Shown here: positions 1 through 11,332 of the stretch, in pieces
Layout of the letters: each line of letters opens with the position of its first letter
Numbering within the stretch: the stretch's first letter is position 1
Origin: an uncultured candidate division Zixibacteria bacterium
Lineage (GTDB): Bacteria; Zixibacteria; MSB-5A5; GN15; PGXB01
DNA: 64,000 nucleotides
Direction of reading: 5' to 3'
Assembly (NCBI GenBank): GCA_963702205.1
Contig: OY969724.1
Span: 1,376,001 to 1,440,000, forward strand
Notes under the pieces: generated by a model
Databases searched by the model: none
What the model saw: only the letters and a program-made list of their open reading frames with translations
Told to the model about the DNA's origin: nothing
Translations under genes and position numbers: made by a program

Positions 1-1068
1 TCTTTCCACCAGCAGGTCACCTTCGCTGACCCCGGATTTAGCTTCGATGTTAATGCCATCGGAAAGTCCGGTTTCGATTGGAATCTGGGTAATATTACCC
101 AGTGTATCCTGCACTTCCACGAATGATGTATCATTGGTGATGTTTATTAGCCGTTCGGGCACCAGAAGTATGTCTTTGGCCTGGCTGATGATGAGATCGG
201 CGTTGGCGGAATATCCGGCACGAAGGAGATTTTTGCCGGTTTTGGTAATTTCTATTTCGACGTCGAAAACATTGGAGCCCTGATCGTTGCGCGCCTTGGG
301 CGATATTTTCGAAAGCGTTCCCGTTATGGTATCGTTGGGAAGCGCTCCGACTTTGATGTTGGCTTCGAGTCCGAGGTGCAGACGACCGACGTCGATTTCA
401 TCGACCGTCCCCTTGAAAATCAGGTCGTCCATGTACGCCAGCGTCATGAGTTCGGTTCCGGCCTGGTACGATGTCAGCGGTACGACCGGGTCGCCCTCTT
501 CGACCAGCCGCGAGAGCACCATGCCGCTGACTTTGGACCGGACGGTATTATCGACGGTAATATCGGCGATAGTCGTCTCGCCGGATTCTATCAGGGCCAG
601 CTTTTCTTTGGACAGTTTCAATCTGAGTTCGGCTTCATCGGATGCGGCCTGTTTGGATTCGAGGTCCTGCGAGGATATAAGGCCCTTTTCAGCCAGCGTT
701 TTAAGCCGGTCATATTCGCGCTTGGCGTTGTCGTACGATACCTGGTAAATTTCCACCTGACGTTTGGATTCGGCGAATTCCAGCGGGGTCGGGTCGGGTT
801 CGACATCTATCAGAGGGTCGCCGACTTTGACCTGATCGCCGACCTCGACGTGGATCCTTTTGACGACACCCGAAATTTTGGATTTGACGGCAATTTCTCT
901 TTTTGGTTCGATCTGGCCGACGGCCAGCGCTTTATCTATGATCGAACCTTTGGCGACTGGAAATGTTTGGAAACTGGTATCTTTGGAGGCGGAGCCGTCG
1001 ATAGCGAAAAATAGGACCGCCCCGACCAGAACGACAATAAAAGCGATAAACAGAATTTTTTTAATCAT
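1..1068 (-). CDS. RND/ABC efflux periplasmic adaptor (MacA/HlyD family), runs off the window edge
   Basis: Not in the ORF track (no stop in window). Manual translation from ATG 1068: MIKKILFIAFIVVLVG...VKSKISGVVKRIHVEVGDQVKVGDPL (lipoyl half)...VDEIDVGRL...GLSDGINIE. Confidence 0.85.
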   Translation of the reverse strand, partial: MIKKILFIAFIVVLVGAVLFFAIDGSASKDTSFQTFPVAKGSIIDKALAVGQIEPKREIAVKSKISGVVKRIHVEVGDQVKVGDPLIDVEPDPTPLEFAESKRQVEIYQVSYDNAKREYDRLKTLAEKGLISSQDLESKQAASDEAELRLKLSKEKLALIESGETTIADITVDNTVRSKVSGMVLSRLVEEGDPVVPLTSYQAGTELMTLAYMDDLIFKGTVDEIDVGRLHLGLEANIKVGALPNDTITGTLSKISPKARNDQGSNVFDVEIEITKTGKNLLRAGYSANADLIISQAKDILLVPERLINITNDTSFVEVQDTLGNITQIPIETGLSDGINIEAKSGVSEGDLLVER

Positions 1069-1267
1069 GGATCCCACACATATTTTAAGGTCAGTTGTTT
1101 GCGATAACCATAATCAAAACTACGCCATAAGACGGATTTTGTTTCGAGCCGTTCATTAATAAATTAGTTTTGCTTTGGAGCCAAAGCTTGCAGTTTATCG
1201 AGGTTTATTTCGCTTTCTATTACAGTGACCTGTCATTCGGGTCAGGTGGCCTCTTTCAAACGATGCT

Positions 1268-1296
1268 TTGACAACGCGAGGAGAATAATTTATCTT
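1268..1296 (+). promoter_or_regulatory. sigma70-type promoter for the lipoprotein/kds operon
   Basis: TTGACA-N17-TATCTT. Confidence 0.6.
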
Positions 1297-1322
1297 ATGC
1301 GCCTGCAAGATTGGAGTAAGAA

Positions 1323-1694
1323 TTGAAGTTTTGTGCGAGACATATATTTGCCGCTTTCGTCTTATTGTATGTGGTATTGCTGACGGTGGGATGTGGTTCG
1401 AATAAAACCGACGGCAGTGCCAAAACGGCGGCGCTGCCCGATAAGGCCGACAGCCTGACTATCGAACTGGACGGTAAAGATGGAATGTCGGTGCTGGATT
1501 TAACCCTCGAAAAACACGAGGTAGAGGCTCACGAGAGTCCAATGGGGACATTTGTGAAATCCATCGATTCGGTGGCGTCGGGAGATGGCTACTGGTGGCT
1601 TTTTACCATAAACGACAGTACCATTAACACCGCCTGTGACAAATACGTAACGAAAGACGGCGACGTTATCAAATGGCACTTTAAGAAACCGTGA
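1323..1694 (+). CDS. Lipoprotein with DUF4430 (transcobalamin C-terminal-like) domain
   Basis: Lipobox TVGC; C-terminal GYWWLFTIND...CDKYVTKDGDVIKW pattern typical of DUF4430. Confidence 0.7.
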   Translation: MKFCARHIFAAFVLLYVVLLTVGCGSNKTDGSAKTAALPDKADSLTIELDGKDGMSVLDLTLEKHEVEAHESPMGTFVKSIDSVASGDGYWWLFTINDSTINTACDKYVTKDGDVIKWHFKKP

Positions 1695-2515
1695 GTGGCA
1701 GCAGTATGATGTCCATAGATCAAATAGTGGAATCCGGGAAGTTGTTTTTTATCGCCGGACCGTGCGCGATAGAATCGAAAGAAGTATGTTTTGAAGTCGC
1801 CGAGCGTCTGGTGGTACTGTCCGGCAAGTTCGATGTGCCGATTATATTTAAATCATCGTATGCCAAGGCGAACCGTCTGTCGGGCGAATCGTTTTCGGGG
1901 CACGGGATGGATTTCGGGCTGGAAGTTCTGGCCGAGGTCAGGGAAAAATTTCAGATACCAATTTTGACCGACATTCACGAGACCTTGGAAATCGACCGTG
2001 TGGCCGAAGTGGTCGACATTTTGCAAATCCCGGCCTTTTTATGCCGCCAGACGGAACTGGTCCGGCAGGCCGCCGCTTCGGGCAAATGGATAAATATCAA
2101 GAAAGGGCAGTTTGTATCGCCCGACGATATGGATAAAATAGCCGCCAAAGCCGAGTCGAAAAAAGTCATGCTGACCGAGCGCGGGAGCTCTTTCGGGTAT
2201 CATAATCTCGTGGTCGATTTCCGGTCGTTCGTTATGATGAAAAAAATAGGCTTTCCGGTGATATATGACGTCACGCACTCGCTTCAGCTTCCTGGCGGCG
2301 GGGGCCACAACAGCTCCGGCCAGCCTGAATTCGTGATACCGATGGCCCGCGCGGCGGCGGCAATCGGAATCGACGGAATCTTTGTCGAAACGCACCCGGA
2401 ACCATCGAAAGCCCTGTGCGACGCCGCCTCGATGATTCGGCTCAACCTGATGGAGCAATTGATCGACGAAGTGATGGCTATCCACCACAGCCGCGAAGAA
2501 GTGCAGGGTCGTTAA
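1691..2515 (+). CDS. kdsA: KDO-8-phosphate synthase
   Basis: IAGPCAIES, KANRLS, QIPAFLCRQT, NIKKGQF, ERG, DVTHSLQ, ETHPEP motifs. Confidence 0.95.
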   Translation: MSGSSMMSIDQIVESGKLFFIAGPCAIESKEVCFEVAERLVVLSGKFDVPIIFKSSYAKANRLSGESFSGHGMDFGLEVLAEVREKFQIPILTDIHETLEIDRVAEVVDILQIPAFLCRQTELVRQAAASGKWINIKKGQFVSPDDMDKIAAKAESKKVMLTERGSSFGYHNLVVDFRSFVMMKKIGFPVIYDVTHSLQLPGGGGHNSSGQPEFVIPMARAAAAIGIDGIFVETHPEPSKALCDAASMIRLNLMEQLIDEVMAIHHSREEVQGR

Positions 2516-2516
2516 T

Positions 2517-3059
2517 ATGGCAGTCAGGAAGAAACATCTGACCCGCCGCCAGTTGGTGAAACGATTCGATCCGATCAAGCTTCTGGCGCTGGACGTCGAC
2601 GGCGTCCTGACCGATGATCATATTTTTTTCGGGCCGGACGGCTTTGAAATGAAAAAATTTCATATATCCGATGGATTTTATATGGTGTTGGCACTGAGAA
2701 CCGGTTTGGAGATTGCGGTCGTGTCGGGGCGGCCGTCGGAAGCCACGATCACTCGCATGAAAGATGTCGGTGTCAGGCATATTTTACAAGGCAAGGTCGA
2801 CAAACGCGAACAGATTAAGCCTCTTTTGAAAGAATTAAAACTAAGTCTCGAACAAATGGCCTTTGTCGGCAACGAAATTCTCGATATCGGTCTGGCTAAA
2901 ATAGCCGGGCTGTCGATTGCGGTGCGCGATTCCGCGCCGGAACTACTTGAGACCGTCGATTTTGTGACCAAAGCCAAAGGCGGCATGGGCGCGGTTCGTG
3001 AGATTATTGGAGCCTATTTCGAGAGCCGCAATATAAACCCGGTCGACCTGGTGAGGTAA
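2517..3059 (+). CDS. kdsC: KDO-8-phosphate phosphatase (HAD)
   Basis: DVDGVLTD, GGMGAVRE; operon context. Confidence 0.9.
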   Translation: MAVRKKHLTRRQLVKRFDPIKLLALDVDGVLTDDHIFFGPDGFEMKKFHISDGFYMVLALRTGLEIAVVSGRPSEATITRMKDVGVRHILQGKVDKREQIKPLLKELKLSLEQMAFVGNEILDIGLAKIAGLSIAVRDSAPELLETVDFVTKAKGGMGAVREIIGAYFESRNINPVDLVR

Positions 3060-3067
3060 AATAGATT

Positions 3068-4027
3068 ATGATTCTCGAAACCGGAAAAGAAGTCATTCGC
3101 AAAGAAGCCAAAGAGCTGGCCGGTCTGGCCGAACGTCTCGATGAGAGCTTTGTCTCGGCAGTGAACAAGATTCTTGAATGCAAGGGTCGGGTGATTGTCA
3201 CCGGGATGGGCAAATCCGGTATTATAGGCAAGAAGATAGCGGCGATGCTCAGCTCGATCGGGGTGGCCTCGTTTTTCCTCCACGCCGCCGAGGGTGTCCA
3301 CGGGGATTTGGGACTGGTGCGCGACGATGACATCATGATCGCGATCAGCAAGTCCGGCGCAACCGATGAGCTCTATCAGATTCTTCCGGCGGTCAAACGG
3401 CTCGGCGTGGAAATAATTCTTTTGACGGGCCGTCCTGATTCCCCGCTGGCGGCCAAGTGTGACATTATTCTGGACTGCTCGGTCGAATCCGAGGCCTGCC
3501 CGAACAACCTGATACCGACGACGTCATCGACGGCGGCCATGGTCATGGGCGACGCTCTGGCAGTGGCGCTGTTAAAACAGCGCAATTTTTCTCCCGAGGA
3601 TTTCGCGTATCTTCATCCCGGCGGTTCGCTGGGGCGGCGGTTGCTGCTGCACGTATCGGACCGCATGCATGTCAATTCGGAAATCCCGATTGTAAAAGAT
3701 GACACGAAAGTCCGCGAGGCGATTTTCGAGATGACCGGCAAACGGCTGGGGTGCACGCTGGTAGTCGATAAGGCCGGAAAGCTGACTGGGATTTTTACCG
3801 ATGGTGACCTGCGGCGGCTGACCCAGACCGAACAGGACATTTTCAAGTTCGCAATGACTGATGTCATGGTCAAGAACCCGAAGTCGATAGACCCCGATGA
3901 CATTTTGGATAAAGCGCTGTCCATCATGGAAAAACATTCCATAACGGTTCTGCCCGTGATCGACAAGGAACGGCAACCGGTCGGTATTATTCACCTGCAC
4001 GATATTCTCAAATCAAAGCTGGTTTAG
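3068..4027 (+). CDS. kdsD: Arabinose-5-phosphate isomerase (SIS+CBS)
   Basis: GMGKSG, EGVHGDLG, PTTSSTA, HPGGSLG, CBS pair. Confidence 0.95.
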   Translation: MILETGKEVIRKEAKELAGLAERLDESFVSAVNKILECKGRVIVTGMGKSGIIGKKIAAMLSSIGVASFFLHAAEGVHGDLGLVRDDDIMIAISKSGATDELYQILPAVKRLGVEIILLTGRPDSPLAAKCDIILDCSVESEACPNNLIPTTSSTAAMVMGDALAVALLKQRNFSPEDFAYLHPGGSLGRRLLLHVSDRMHVNSEIPIVKDDTKVREAIFEMTGKRLGCTLVVDKAGKLTGIFTDGDLRRLTQTEQDIFKFAMTDVMVKNPKSIDPDDILDKALSIMEKHSITVLPVIDKERQPVGIIHLHDILKSKLV

Positions 4028-4031
4028 TTTC

Positions 4032-4961
4032 ATGTTCTTTTCCAAGGATAATAAAAGAGCTCTGGTTTATATTGCCGTCAAATTTTTCTCGGCAATATTA
4101 AACGCTGTTCCGAGATCGGCGGCGCTGTTTATCGGATCGATCATAGGAAATCTGGTCTATGCGTTTTCTCCGCACGACCGGTTCAAAGCGCAACGCAATA
4201 TCTTTCTGGCATTCGGGCGGGAGATGGGTCAAAAGCAGGTGAAAACGCTGGCGCGCAGGAGCTTTATCAATATGGGCCGGATGGCTATCGACGTCATACG
4301 GATTCGTAAACATTACGTCGAGGAAATTAGAAATCTTATCGATATAGAAAATCTGGAACATTTAGACGGGGCGTACCAGCAGGGCCGGGGCATTATCGTC
4401 CCGACCGGGCATATCGGTAATTTCGAACTTCTGGCGGTGCATTTCGCCCAGATGGGTTATAAAGTCGGGGTTATCGGGCGAGAGTTGTATGACCCTCGTC
4501 TCGATGAACTGATCCGGGGCAACCGCGAAGAAATGGGGATGAAGGTTTTCGACACCAGGCAGTCCCCAAGGGATATGATTCGCTGGCTCCGCGAGGGCGG
4601 CATGCTTGGCGCCCTGATGGATACCGACTCGTTCCGGGTGCGCAGCATGTTTGTCCCGGTGTTCGGGAGATTGTCGCACACGCCGGTCGGGCAGTCGATT
4701 ATCGCCCTCAAGACCGATACGCCGGTGGTGCCGATAGTCTGTCTGAGAAACGGCAACGGTTACAAGATCAAAGTCTGGCCGGAAATCAAAATTGAAAGAA
4801 CGGATAATTTCGAGCGGGATGTGTATAATCTCACGAAAGAATGCACCCGGATATGGGAAAATATCGTTATGAATAATAAGGACCAGTGGATTTGGATTCA
4901 CAACCGTTGGCACAACCGGCCCGAGGAGCCGATAGAATATATAGAGGAAATGGCATCATGA
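4032..4961 (+). CDS. lpxL: Lipid A late acyltransferase (LpxL/HtrB family)
   Basis: HIGNFE (HX4E), QWIWIHNRW. Confidence 0.8.
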   Translation: MFFSKDNKRALVYIAVKFFSAILNAVPRSAALFIGSIIGNLVYAFSPHDRFKAQRNIFLAFGREMGQKQVKTLARRSFINMGRMAIDVIRIRKHYVEEIRNLIDIENLEHLDGAYQQGRGIIVPTGHIGNFELLAVHFAQMGYKVGVIGRELYDPRLDELIRGNREEMGMKVFDTRQSPRDMIRWLREGGMLGALMDTDSFRVRSMFVPVFGRLSHTPVGQSIIALKTDTPVVPIVCLRNGNGYKIKVWPEIKIERTDNFERDVYNLTKECTRIWENIVMNNKDQWIWIHNRWHNRPEEPIEYIEEMAS

Positions 4962-5521
4962 GAACTCTGTTATTGATTTTGACCCTTTTTGTTTTGTTCG
5001 CCTGCGGTGAAAACGATGAAATCAAGGCGCCGGGAGTACAGGCCGGAACCGAAGCCGACTCCTCTGTCATTCGGCCCGATCAGGAATTCAAGGACGCTCA
5101 GATATTTTTGTACGATAAAGACCGTATGACCACCGATATCAAGGCCGGTTATATAGAAAAGTATGAAAAACAGGATTCGACCCTGGCGTGGCACCTGGAA
5201 GTCTTCTTTTATGATTCTACCGGCACGCAGAAATCCCATCTTGTCGCCGACAGCGGGCTGATCCGTGAAGAGGTCAATCTTATGGACGCATACGGGCATG
5301 TGAAAATTATCAGCGACGACAGCGCCAAACTTTTTTCGCAGCATCTCAATTATAATTCGGGCGAGAATCTGATTACGACCGACAGCTTTGTTACGATTAT
5401 CACCCAGGCAGGGGATACGGTTCAGGGTTACGGTTTCGAGGCCGACCCCAAGCTGGGCAACTGGTCTCTGAAACGCCAGGTGTCCGGTTCGATGAAAAAT
5501 ACCAGGCCGTTTCTGGAATAA
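4958..5521 (+). CDS. lptC: LPS export protein LptC
   Basis: ATGA overlap with the previous gene; lipobox LFAC; beta-jellyroll pattern (ITTDSFVTI...GYGFEAD); kds context. Confidence 0.8.
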   Translation: MRTLLLILTLFVLFACGENDEIKAPGVQAGTEADSSVIRPDQEFKDAQIFLYDKDRMTTDIKAGYIEKYEKQDSTLAWHLEVFFYDSTGTQKSHLVADSGLIREEVNLMDAYGHVKIISDDSAKLFSQHLNYNSGENLITTDSFVTIITQAGDTVQGYGFEADPKLGNWSLKRQVSGSMKNTRPFLE

Positions 5522-5536
5522 TTTTCCAAATTTAAT

Positions 5537-5586
5537 TTGCGTTCGGGGAACAAAATAATATAATATTTCGTTATTTGGCGAAATAT
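5537..5586 (+). promoter_or_regulatory. ars promoter and ArsR operator
   Basis: TTGCGT-N16-TATAAT (5537-5564) overlapping the inverted repeat ATATTTCG-N8-CGAAATAT (5563-5586). Confidence 0.7.
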
Positions 5587-5592
5587 AGAATT

Positions 5593-5955
5593 ATGAAAAA
5601 CCTGCTTGAAATATACAAGGCGCTGTCCGACCCAAACCGCCTGCGGGCGCTGGCGGCTCTCGACGGTCATGAACTCTGCCTGTGCCAGCTGACCGAACTG
5701 CTGCACCTGGCGCCGTCGACTGTCTCGAAGCACATGTCTTTATTGAGCCAGGCCGGATTGGTCAAAAGCCGCAAAAACGGACGCTGGGTGTATTATTCCC
5801 TGGTCGATAAATTATCGGGGTCACCGGCCCGGGAGCATCTCGATCTAATCCTGTCAGAGTCACGAAATGACCTGCTTATGATATCCGATCGTAAAAAATT
5901 GAAAGAAATCCTCAGGACCGATCCGGAGATTTTATGCAAAACATCGACAAAATAA
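5593..5955 (+). CDS. arsR: ArsR/SmtB repressor
   Basis: KALSDPNRL, ELCLCQL metal site, wHTH GRWVYY. Confidence 0.9.
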   Translation: MKNLLEIYKALSDPNRLRALAALDGHELCLCQLTELLHLAPSTVSKHMSLLSQAGLVKSRKNGRWVYYSLVDKLSGSPAREHLDLILSESRNDLLMISDRKKLKEILRTDPEILCKTSTK

Positions 5956-6371
5956 AGATTCTTTTTTTATGCACCGGCAATTCCTGCCGGTCGCAGATGG
6001 CTGAGGGCTGGACCCGTCACCTGAAAGGCGATATTATCGAAGTATACTCGGCCGGGATCGAGACCCACGGATTTAATCAACGGGCGGTGCAGGTTATGGC
6101 CGAAGCCGGTGTGGACATTTCGGGACACAAGTCCAAAAATGTCAACGAGCTTTTGCACCATAAATTCGATTATGTGATAACCGTCTGCGACGATGCCGCC
6201 GAAAACTGCCCGGTCTTTCCGGGAAAAGCCAAGATAATGCACCACGGTTTCGACGATCCGCCCCGCCTGGCGGAGAACGCCGGCAGCGAGGAGGAAGTCC
6301 TGTCGATCTATCGCCGGGTGCGCGACGAGATCAAAGCATTTGTTGCGACATTACCGAATATACTGGAGTAA
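5934..6371 (+). CDS. arsC: Arsenate reductase (LMW-PTP, thioredoxin type)
   Basis: CTGNSCRSQMAE P-loop; C...CPVFPG; FDDP. Confidence 0.93.
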   Translation: MQNIDKIKILFLCTGNSCRSQMAEGWTRHLKGDIIEVYSAGIETHGFNQRAVQVMAEAGVDISGHKSKNVNELLHHKFDYVITVCDDAAENCPVFPGKAKIMHHGFDDPPRLAENAGSEEEVLSIYRRVRDEIKAFVATLPNILE

Positions 6372-6377
6372 TTTTAT

Positions 6378-7559
6378 ATGGCTACCGACGCCTGCATCAC
6401 CAAGCAGCCCAAAGGACTGGGCTTTTTCGAAAAATACTTAACCGTCTGGGTCATCCTGTGCATTATCGCCGGGATAGTGCTGGGCAAAATTGCACCATCG
6501 GCGGCGGTGTATCTCGACAATCAATCGGTTTTCGTCAACGGCGCGCCGGTGGTTTCGATCCCGATCGCGGTCTGCCTGTTTTTTATGATGTTTCCGATCA
6601 TGGTCAAGATAGATTTCACCGAAGTGCTTCGCGCCGGCAAGAACGCCAAACCGGTTTTGCTGACGCTGTTTGTCAACTGGATGATCAAACCGTTCACGAT
6701 GTATGCCATCGCGGTTTTTTTCCTCGGGGCGGTCTTCCACGGTTTGATCGGCACCGAAGCGGTCGATCTGGTCAAGATGCCGTTGGGGGTCAATCTGCCG
6801 GTCGGGGCGTCGTACGGGTCCGGGACGGTTGTACTATCTGAAGGTATCAAGATGCTCCAGATACCGCTGTGGCGGAGTTATCTGGCCGGCTGCATTCTGC
6901 TCGGCATTGCACCGTGCACGGCCATGGTGCTGGTCTGGGGATATCTCGCGCGCGGCAATGACGGCCATACATTGATCATGGTGGCCATAAATTCGCTGGC
7001 GATGCTGGTGTTCTACGGTCCTCTCGGGGGATTTTTGCTCGGGGTCGGGCGTCTGCCGGTGCCGTGGGAAGCGCTGCTTTTGTCGATCTCGATCTATGTG
7101 GCGCTGCCGCTTCTGGCCGGGTTTGCGACGCGTAAACTGTTCATCGCCGCTAAAGGCAATGATTGGTTCGAACAGAAGTTTCTGCATATTTTAACGCCGG
7201 TGACAATAATAGCACTTCTGATCACATTGATCCTTCTGTTCTCTTTCAAAGGCGAAGTCATTCTCGCCAATCCGCTGACAATCCTCTGGATTGCGATACC
7301 GTTATTTATACAGACAATGTTTATTTTCGGCCTGACCTACGCGCTGGCAAGAGTACTAAAATTGAAATATCCTGATGCCGCCCCGTCGGCCATGATCGGG
7401 GCGTCGAATCATTTCGAGGTGGCAATTGCCACGGCCACGATGCTGTTCGGGTTATCGTCGGGAGCGGCGCTGGCGACGGTGGTCGGTGTGCTTATTGAAG
7501 TGCCGGTCATGTTGATGCTGGTGCGGATATGTCTTAAGACGCAGAAATGGTTTGCGTGA
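6378..7559 (+). CDS. acr3: Acr3 arsenite efflux transporter
   Basis: [31 protein letters not shown]. Confidence 0.95.
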   Translation: MATDACITKQPKGLGFFEKYLTVWVILCIIAGIVLGKIAPSAAVYLDNQSVFVNGAPVVSIPIAVCLFFMMFPIMVKIDFTEVLRAGKNAKPVLLTLFVNWMIKPFTMYAIAVFFLGAVFHGLIGTEAVDLVKMPLGVNLPVGASYGSGTVVLSEGIKMLQIPLWRSYLAGCILLGIAPCTAMVLVWGYLARGNDGHTLIMVAINSLAMLVFYGPLGGFLLGVGRLPVPWEALLLSISIYVALPLLAGFATRKLFIAAKGNDWFEQKFLHILTPVTIIALLITLILLFSFKGEVILANPLTILWIAIPLFIQTMFIFGLTYALARVLKLKYPDAAPSAMIGASNHFEVAIATATMLFGLSSGAALATVVGVLIEVPVMLMLVRICLKTQKWFA

Positions 7560-7569
7560 GATTTATTGA

Positions 7570-7683
7570 GTAGGTTATGCCGACTTGCCGAAGGTCCTGA
7601 ACGAAGTGAAGGGCGGCATGACATCTTGGTCTCTTCCGTAGGTCGGGTTCTGAATCCCGTGTAACGGGATGAAAAACCCGACA
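7570..7683. repeat. GTAG-type REP hairpins
   Basis: GTAGGTTATGCCG...CGGCATGAC and GTAGGTCGGGTT...AACCCGAC (7638-7683). Confidence 0.7.
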
Positions 7684-7742
7684 TCTTCGTATATTTCAGA
7701 ACGTCTTAATAGATTTGTATTACAAGAATCCCACCACTAAAG

Positions 7743-7894
7743 GGGCTTGTTGAAAAAGTGCACGGATGGTGCAAGAAGCAGGTCGGGTTTCGAGTGGAGC
7801 GAAGCGTAACGAGAAACCCGACAACAAGATGTCGGCTTTCTCTCCTGACTTCGTCAGGATTCGGAAGCCGACCTACTGGTTTTTCAACAAGCCC
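7743..7894. mobile_element. MITE with 15-bp TIR GGGCTTGTTGAAAAA carrying a REP doublet
   Basis: Perfect TIRs; sits in the loop of CCCACCAC-TAAA-GTGGTGGG with TAAA duplicated; same TIR at 21390 and 31006. Confidence 0.8.
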
Positions 7895-7937
7895 TTAAAG
7901 TGGTGGGGCACCCAAAAAGTAGCGACTGTCTTAATTG

Positions 7938-9075
<1,138 letters not shown>

Positions 9076-9090
9076 AATTGCCAATATACA

Positions 9091-9217
9091 AGGGCAGAAC
9101 CCTTTCGAAGACCATGATCTTTTGAAGGGTAGTGGTTCTGCCATTTTTCTTTTTGTAAACCATTTGGCTTTTGGCAAGATGGCAGGAGCGCGTCGCTTCG
9201 CTTGGCTCCTGCCCTAC
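9091..9217. repeat. REP doublet interrupted by IS110
   Basis: (GT)AGGGCAGAAC...GTTCTGCC...GGCAGGAGC...GCTCCTGCCCTAC. Confidence 0.75.
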
Positions 9218-9239
9218 GGGAAATTTATCTAATGCGCGA

Positions 9240-9599
9240 TTACTTGTACAATTCCGAGATATCGGCGAAGATGAGGTAGTCTTTGATACGCTCGCCTTTC
9301 ATTTTGAATATATTCGCAAACGGCACGGTCAAAGTGCTGTTGTCGTGACGGGTGTAGGTCACTATGCCGTGGCTGACAATGGCATTGTCAGCGCGCCAGA
9401 CGTCGTTGACACTGTGTTCGAGCGTTTTAATACTGGCGAAAAAGCCGCCGACCACTTCTTTGACATTGTCCCAGCCCTCAATCGGCTGTCCATTGCCGAA
9501 ACGGAATGTGACGTCCTCGGTCATAAACGTCATGAATTTATCGGTGTCGGAATTGTCAATGGCGTCGATCAGGTCTGGCATAAAGTCCGTTTTAATCAT
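9240..9599 (-). CDS. SnoaL/NTF2-like protein
   Basis: FMTEDVTFRFGN..IEG, PFANIFKM..IKDYLIFAD; AAGGA RBS before ATG 9599 (alternative start 9650). Confidence 0.8.
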   Translation of the reverse strand: MIKTDFMPDLIDAIDNSDTDKFMTFMTEDVTFRFGNGQPIEGWDNVKEVVGGFFASIKTLEHSVNDVWRADNAIVSHGIVTYTRHDNSTLTVPFANIFKMKGERIKDYLIFADISELYK

Positions 9600-9777
9600 T
9601 CTAATTTCCTTTGTAAATTCTAAATTGATTGCAGAATTTACGTCGGACATTTCTTTCTGTTGGCATCAAAACCGGCGAATTTGACGGAATCCGAATTACC
9701 TGCCGTTATTGGATACTAATAGTCCTTTTGAAAAGGTCCGGAATGATTGATATTTTAATACTTGCAAAAAACATTAT

Positions 9778-9806
9778 TTGACAAAACCTTGTATCAAATA
9801 TATCCT
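9778..9806 (+). promoter_or_regulatory. sigma70-type promoter
   Basis: TTGACA-N17-TATCCT upstream of the AGGAG RBS. Confidence 0.65.
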
Positions 9807-9833
9807 TAAGCCGAATGTAAATCAGGAGTACTC

Positions 9834-10691
9834 ATGGATCAGGCATTGCAGGGAAAAATTGGAAGGTTTACTCTTCCCGAGATATTTCAGTTGATCGCCA
9901 ATACCCAGAAATCGGGCACTCTCGGGATTCAGAAAGACGATGATATTGTCATGGTCTATTTCAAGAAGGGGCAGATTATTTATGCCTATGGACCACGGCA
10001 GACTTTTCATATCGGGCAGCTGCTCAAGGATCGCGGACGGATAACTCTCACCCAGCTCGACGAGGCCGTTTCCACCCAGACCAAAGTGAAGTCGTCCAAA
10101 AGATTGGGCAAGATTCTTCTGGAAAAGAAGTTTATCGACCGGGCCGACCTCGAAGAAGTTGTCCGTTCACAAATCGAAGAGCTGATATATTCGCTTCTGT
10201 CCTGGGAATCGGGGTCGTTCAAGTTTTATGAAAATCAATATCCGACCGATGAGGACATTACTGTCAGTCTGTCGGTGGAGAATGTTATTCTCGAAGGACT
10301 GCGCCGTCTCGATGAAATCAACCGCATCCGCGAGGCCATACCGGATTTTTCGCATGTGCTGACTATCACGCCCGCCCCACCGGAACGGAGGAAAGAAATT
10401 TCTCTCCAGAGCGAAGAATGGAATCTTCTGTCGCTGGTGAACGGCCGCCGCACTATCAGCGAAGTGGCCGATGCCTCGGACCTCCCGCGCATGGATGCTC
10501 TCGCCAAACTGGCCGCCCTCAAACTGGCGGGTCTGGTGGCCACGACCGACAGCCCCGACACCGAGTCCGACCGCCTGACCGCGATGGTCGACCGGGTGGC
10601 GGTGCTTCTCGAAGAATATCTGGAACGCAAGAGTCGACGGGTCAACCTGTCCGAACACACCTCGACCCGGACCATCGGAGAAGATCATTGA
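9834..10691 (+). CDS. DUF4388 (PATAN) domain protein
   Basis: LQGKIGRFTLPEIFQL..KSGTL, WESGSFKF, ILEGLRRLDE; C-terminal wHTH-like LVNGRRTI. Confidence 0.8.
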   Translation: MDQALQGKIGRFTLPEIFQLIANTQKSGTLGIQKDDDIVMVYFKKGQIIYAYGPRQTFHIGQLLKDRGRITLTQLDEAVSTQTKVKSSKRLGKILLEKKFIDRADLEEVVRSQIEELIYSLLSWESGSFKFYENQYPTDEDITVSLSVENVILEGLRRLDEINRIREAIPDFSHVLTITPAPPERRKEISLQSEEWNLLSLVNGRRTISEVADASDLPRMDALAKLAALKLAGLVATTDSPDTESDRLTAMVDRVAVLLEEYLERKSRRVNLSEHTSTRTIGEDH

Positions 10692-11332
10692 GCCGCGAAG
10701 AAACTCTTAAGAAACTGGAATCGACCCTGGAGAGTTTCATCTCGAGGGCCGTCAGCCATGAGGCCAGCCGTCTGGATACTGCCCGCAGTCTTGATACACT
10801 CGGCGAAATCGCCCAGGAATCTCTTCACGGTCGATATATAAACAATCGCCTGGCGCGGTGGATGTCGGAAAGCAAAAGATTCCTCGATACGGGACGATTC
10901 GACGGCGATAAGCTGTCCCAGATCGGTTCGCTATTCGCTGACATACAGACCGGGCTGGATATGGCCGACTCGGAGTCGAGGAAACTGTACGGCGAGATCG
11001 AAAATTGGAAGACAGCCGGTGCCGTCCCGAAGAGGAAGCTGGTCCTTAAAGCCCCGGCACCCGCGCCGACCTCGAACCTGCTCGACCTGTTTTTGCAGTA
11101 CATGAAAAATGAGCTTGAATACGTCGAAAACGAGAAAAAACGGCAGGGGCATATATTGACCATTCTCGACGACGCTCTTAAATCGGCCGAAGCCAAAACC
11201 GACCCGATGTATCTTCACCTGGCCGGTTCATTGATATATTTCATGAAAAGCAGGGGCTACAAGGTGGGACCGTTTGTTAAGCGGCTCAAAGACATAGAAC
11301 GCCTCAGACAGGGCCGGGAAAATGTCACCTGA
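10688..11332 (+). CDS. Hypothetical helical protein
   Basis: TTGA overlap with the upstream stop, GGAG RBS; uninterrupted frame. Confidence 0.7.
   Translation: MSREETLKKLESTLESFISRAVSHEASRLDTARSLDTLGEIAQESLHGRYINNRLARWMSESKRFLDTGRFDGDKLSQIGSLFADIQTGLDMADSESRKLYGEIENWKTAGAVPKRKLVLKAPAPAPTSNLLDLFLQYMKNELEYVENEKKRQGHILTILDDALKSAEAKTDPMYLHLAGSLIYFMKSRGYKVGPFVKRLKDIERLRQGRENVT

Noticed and set aside
47..1159. Several + strand ORFs
   Set aside because: Shadows of the - strand efflux adaptor gene.
1160..1322. Cobalamin riboswitch before the DUF4430 gene
   Set aside because: No B12-box features recognised, and the promoter lies only ~26 nt from the start codon.
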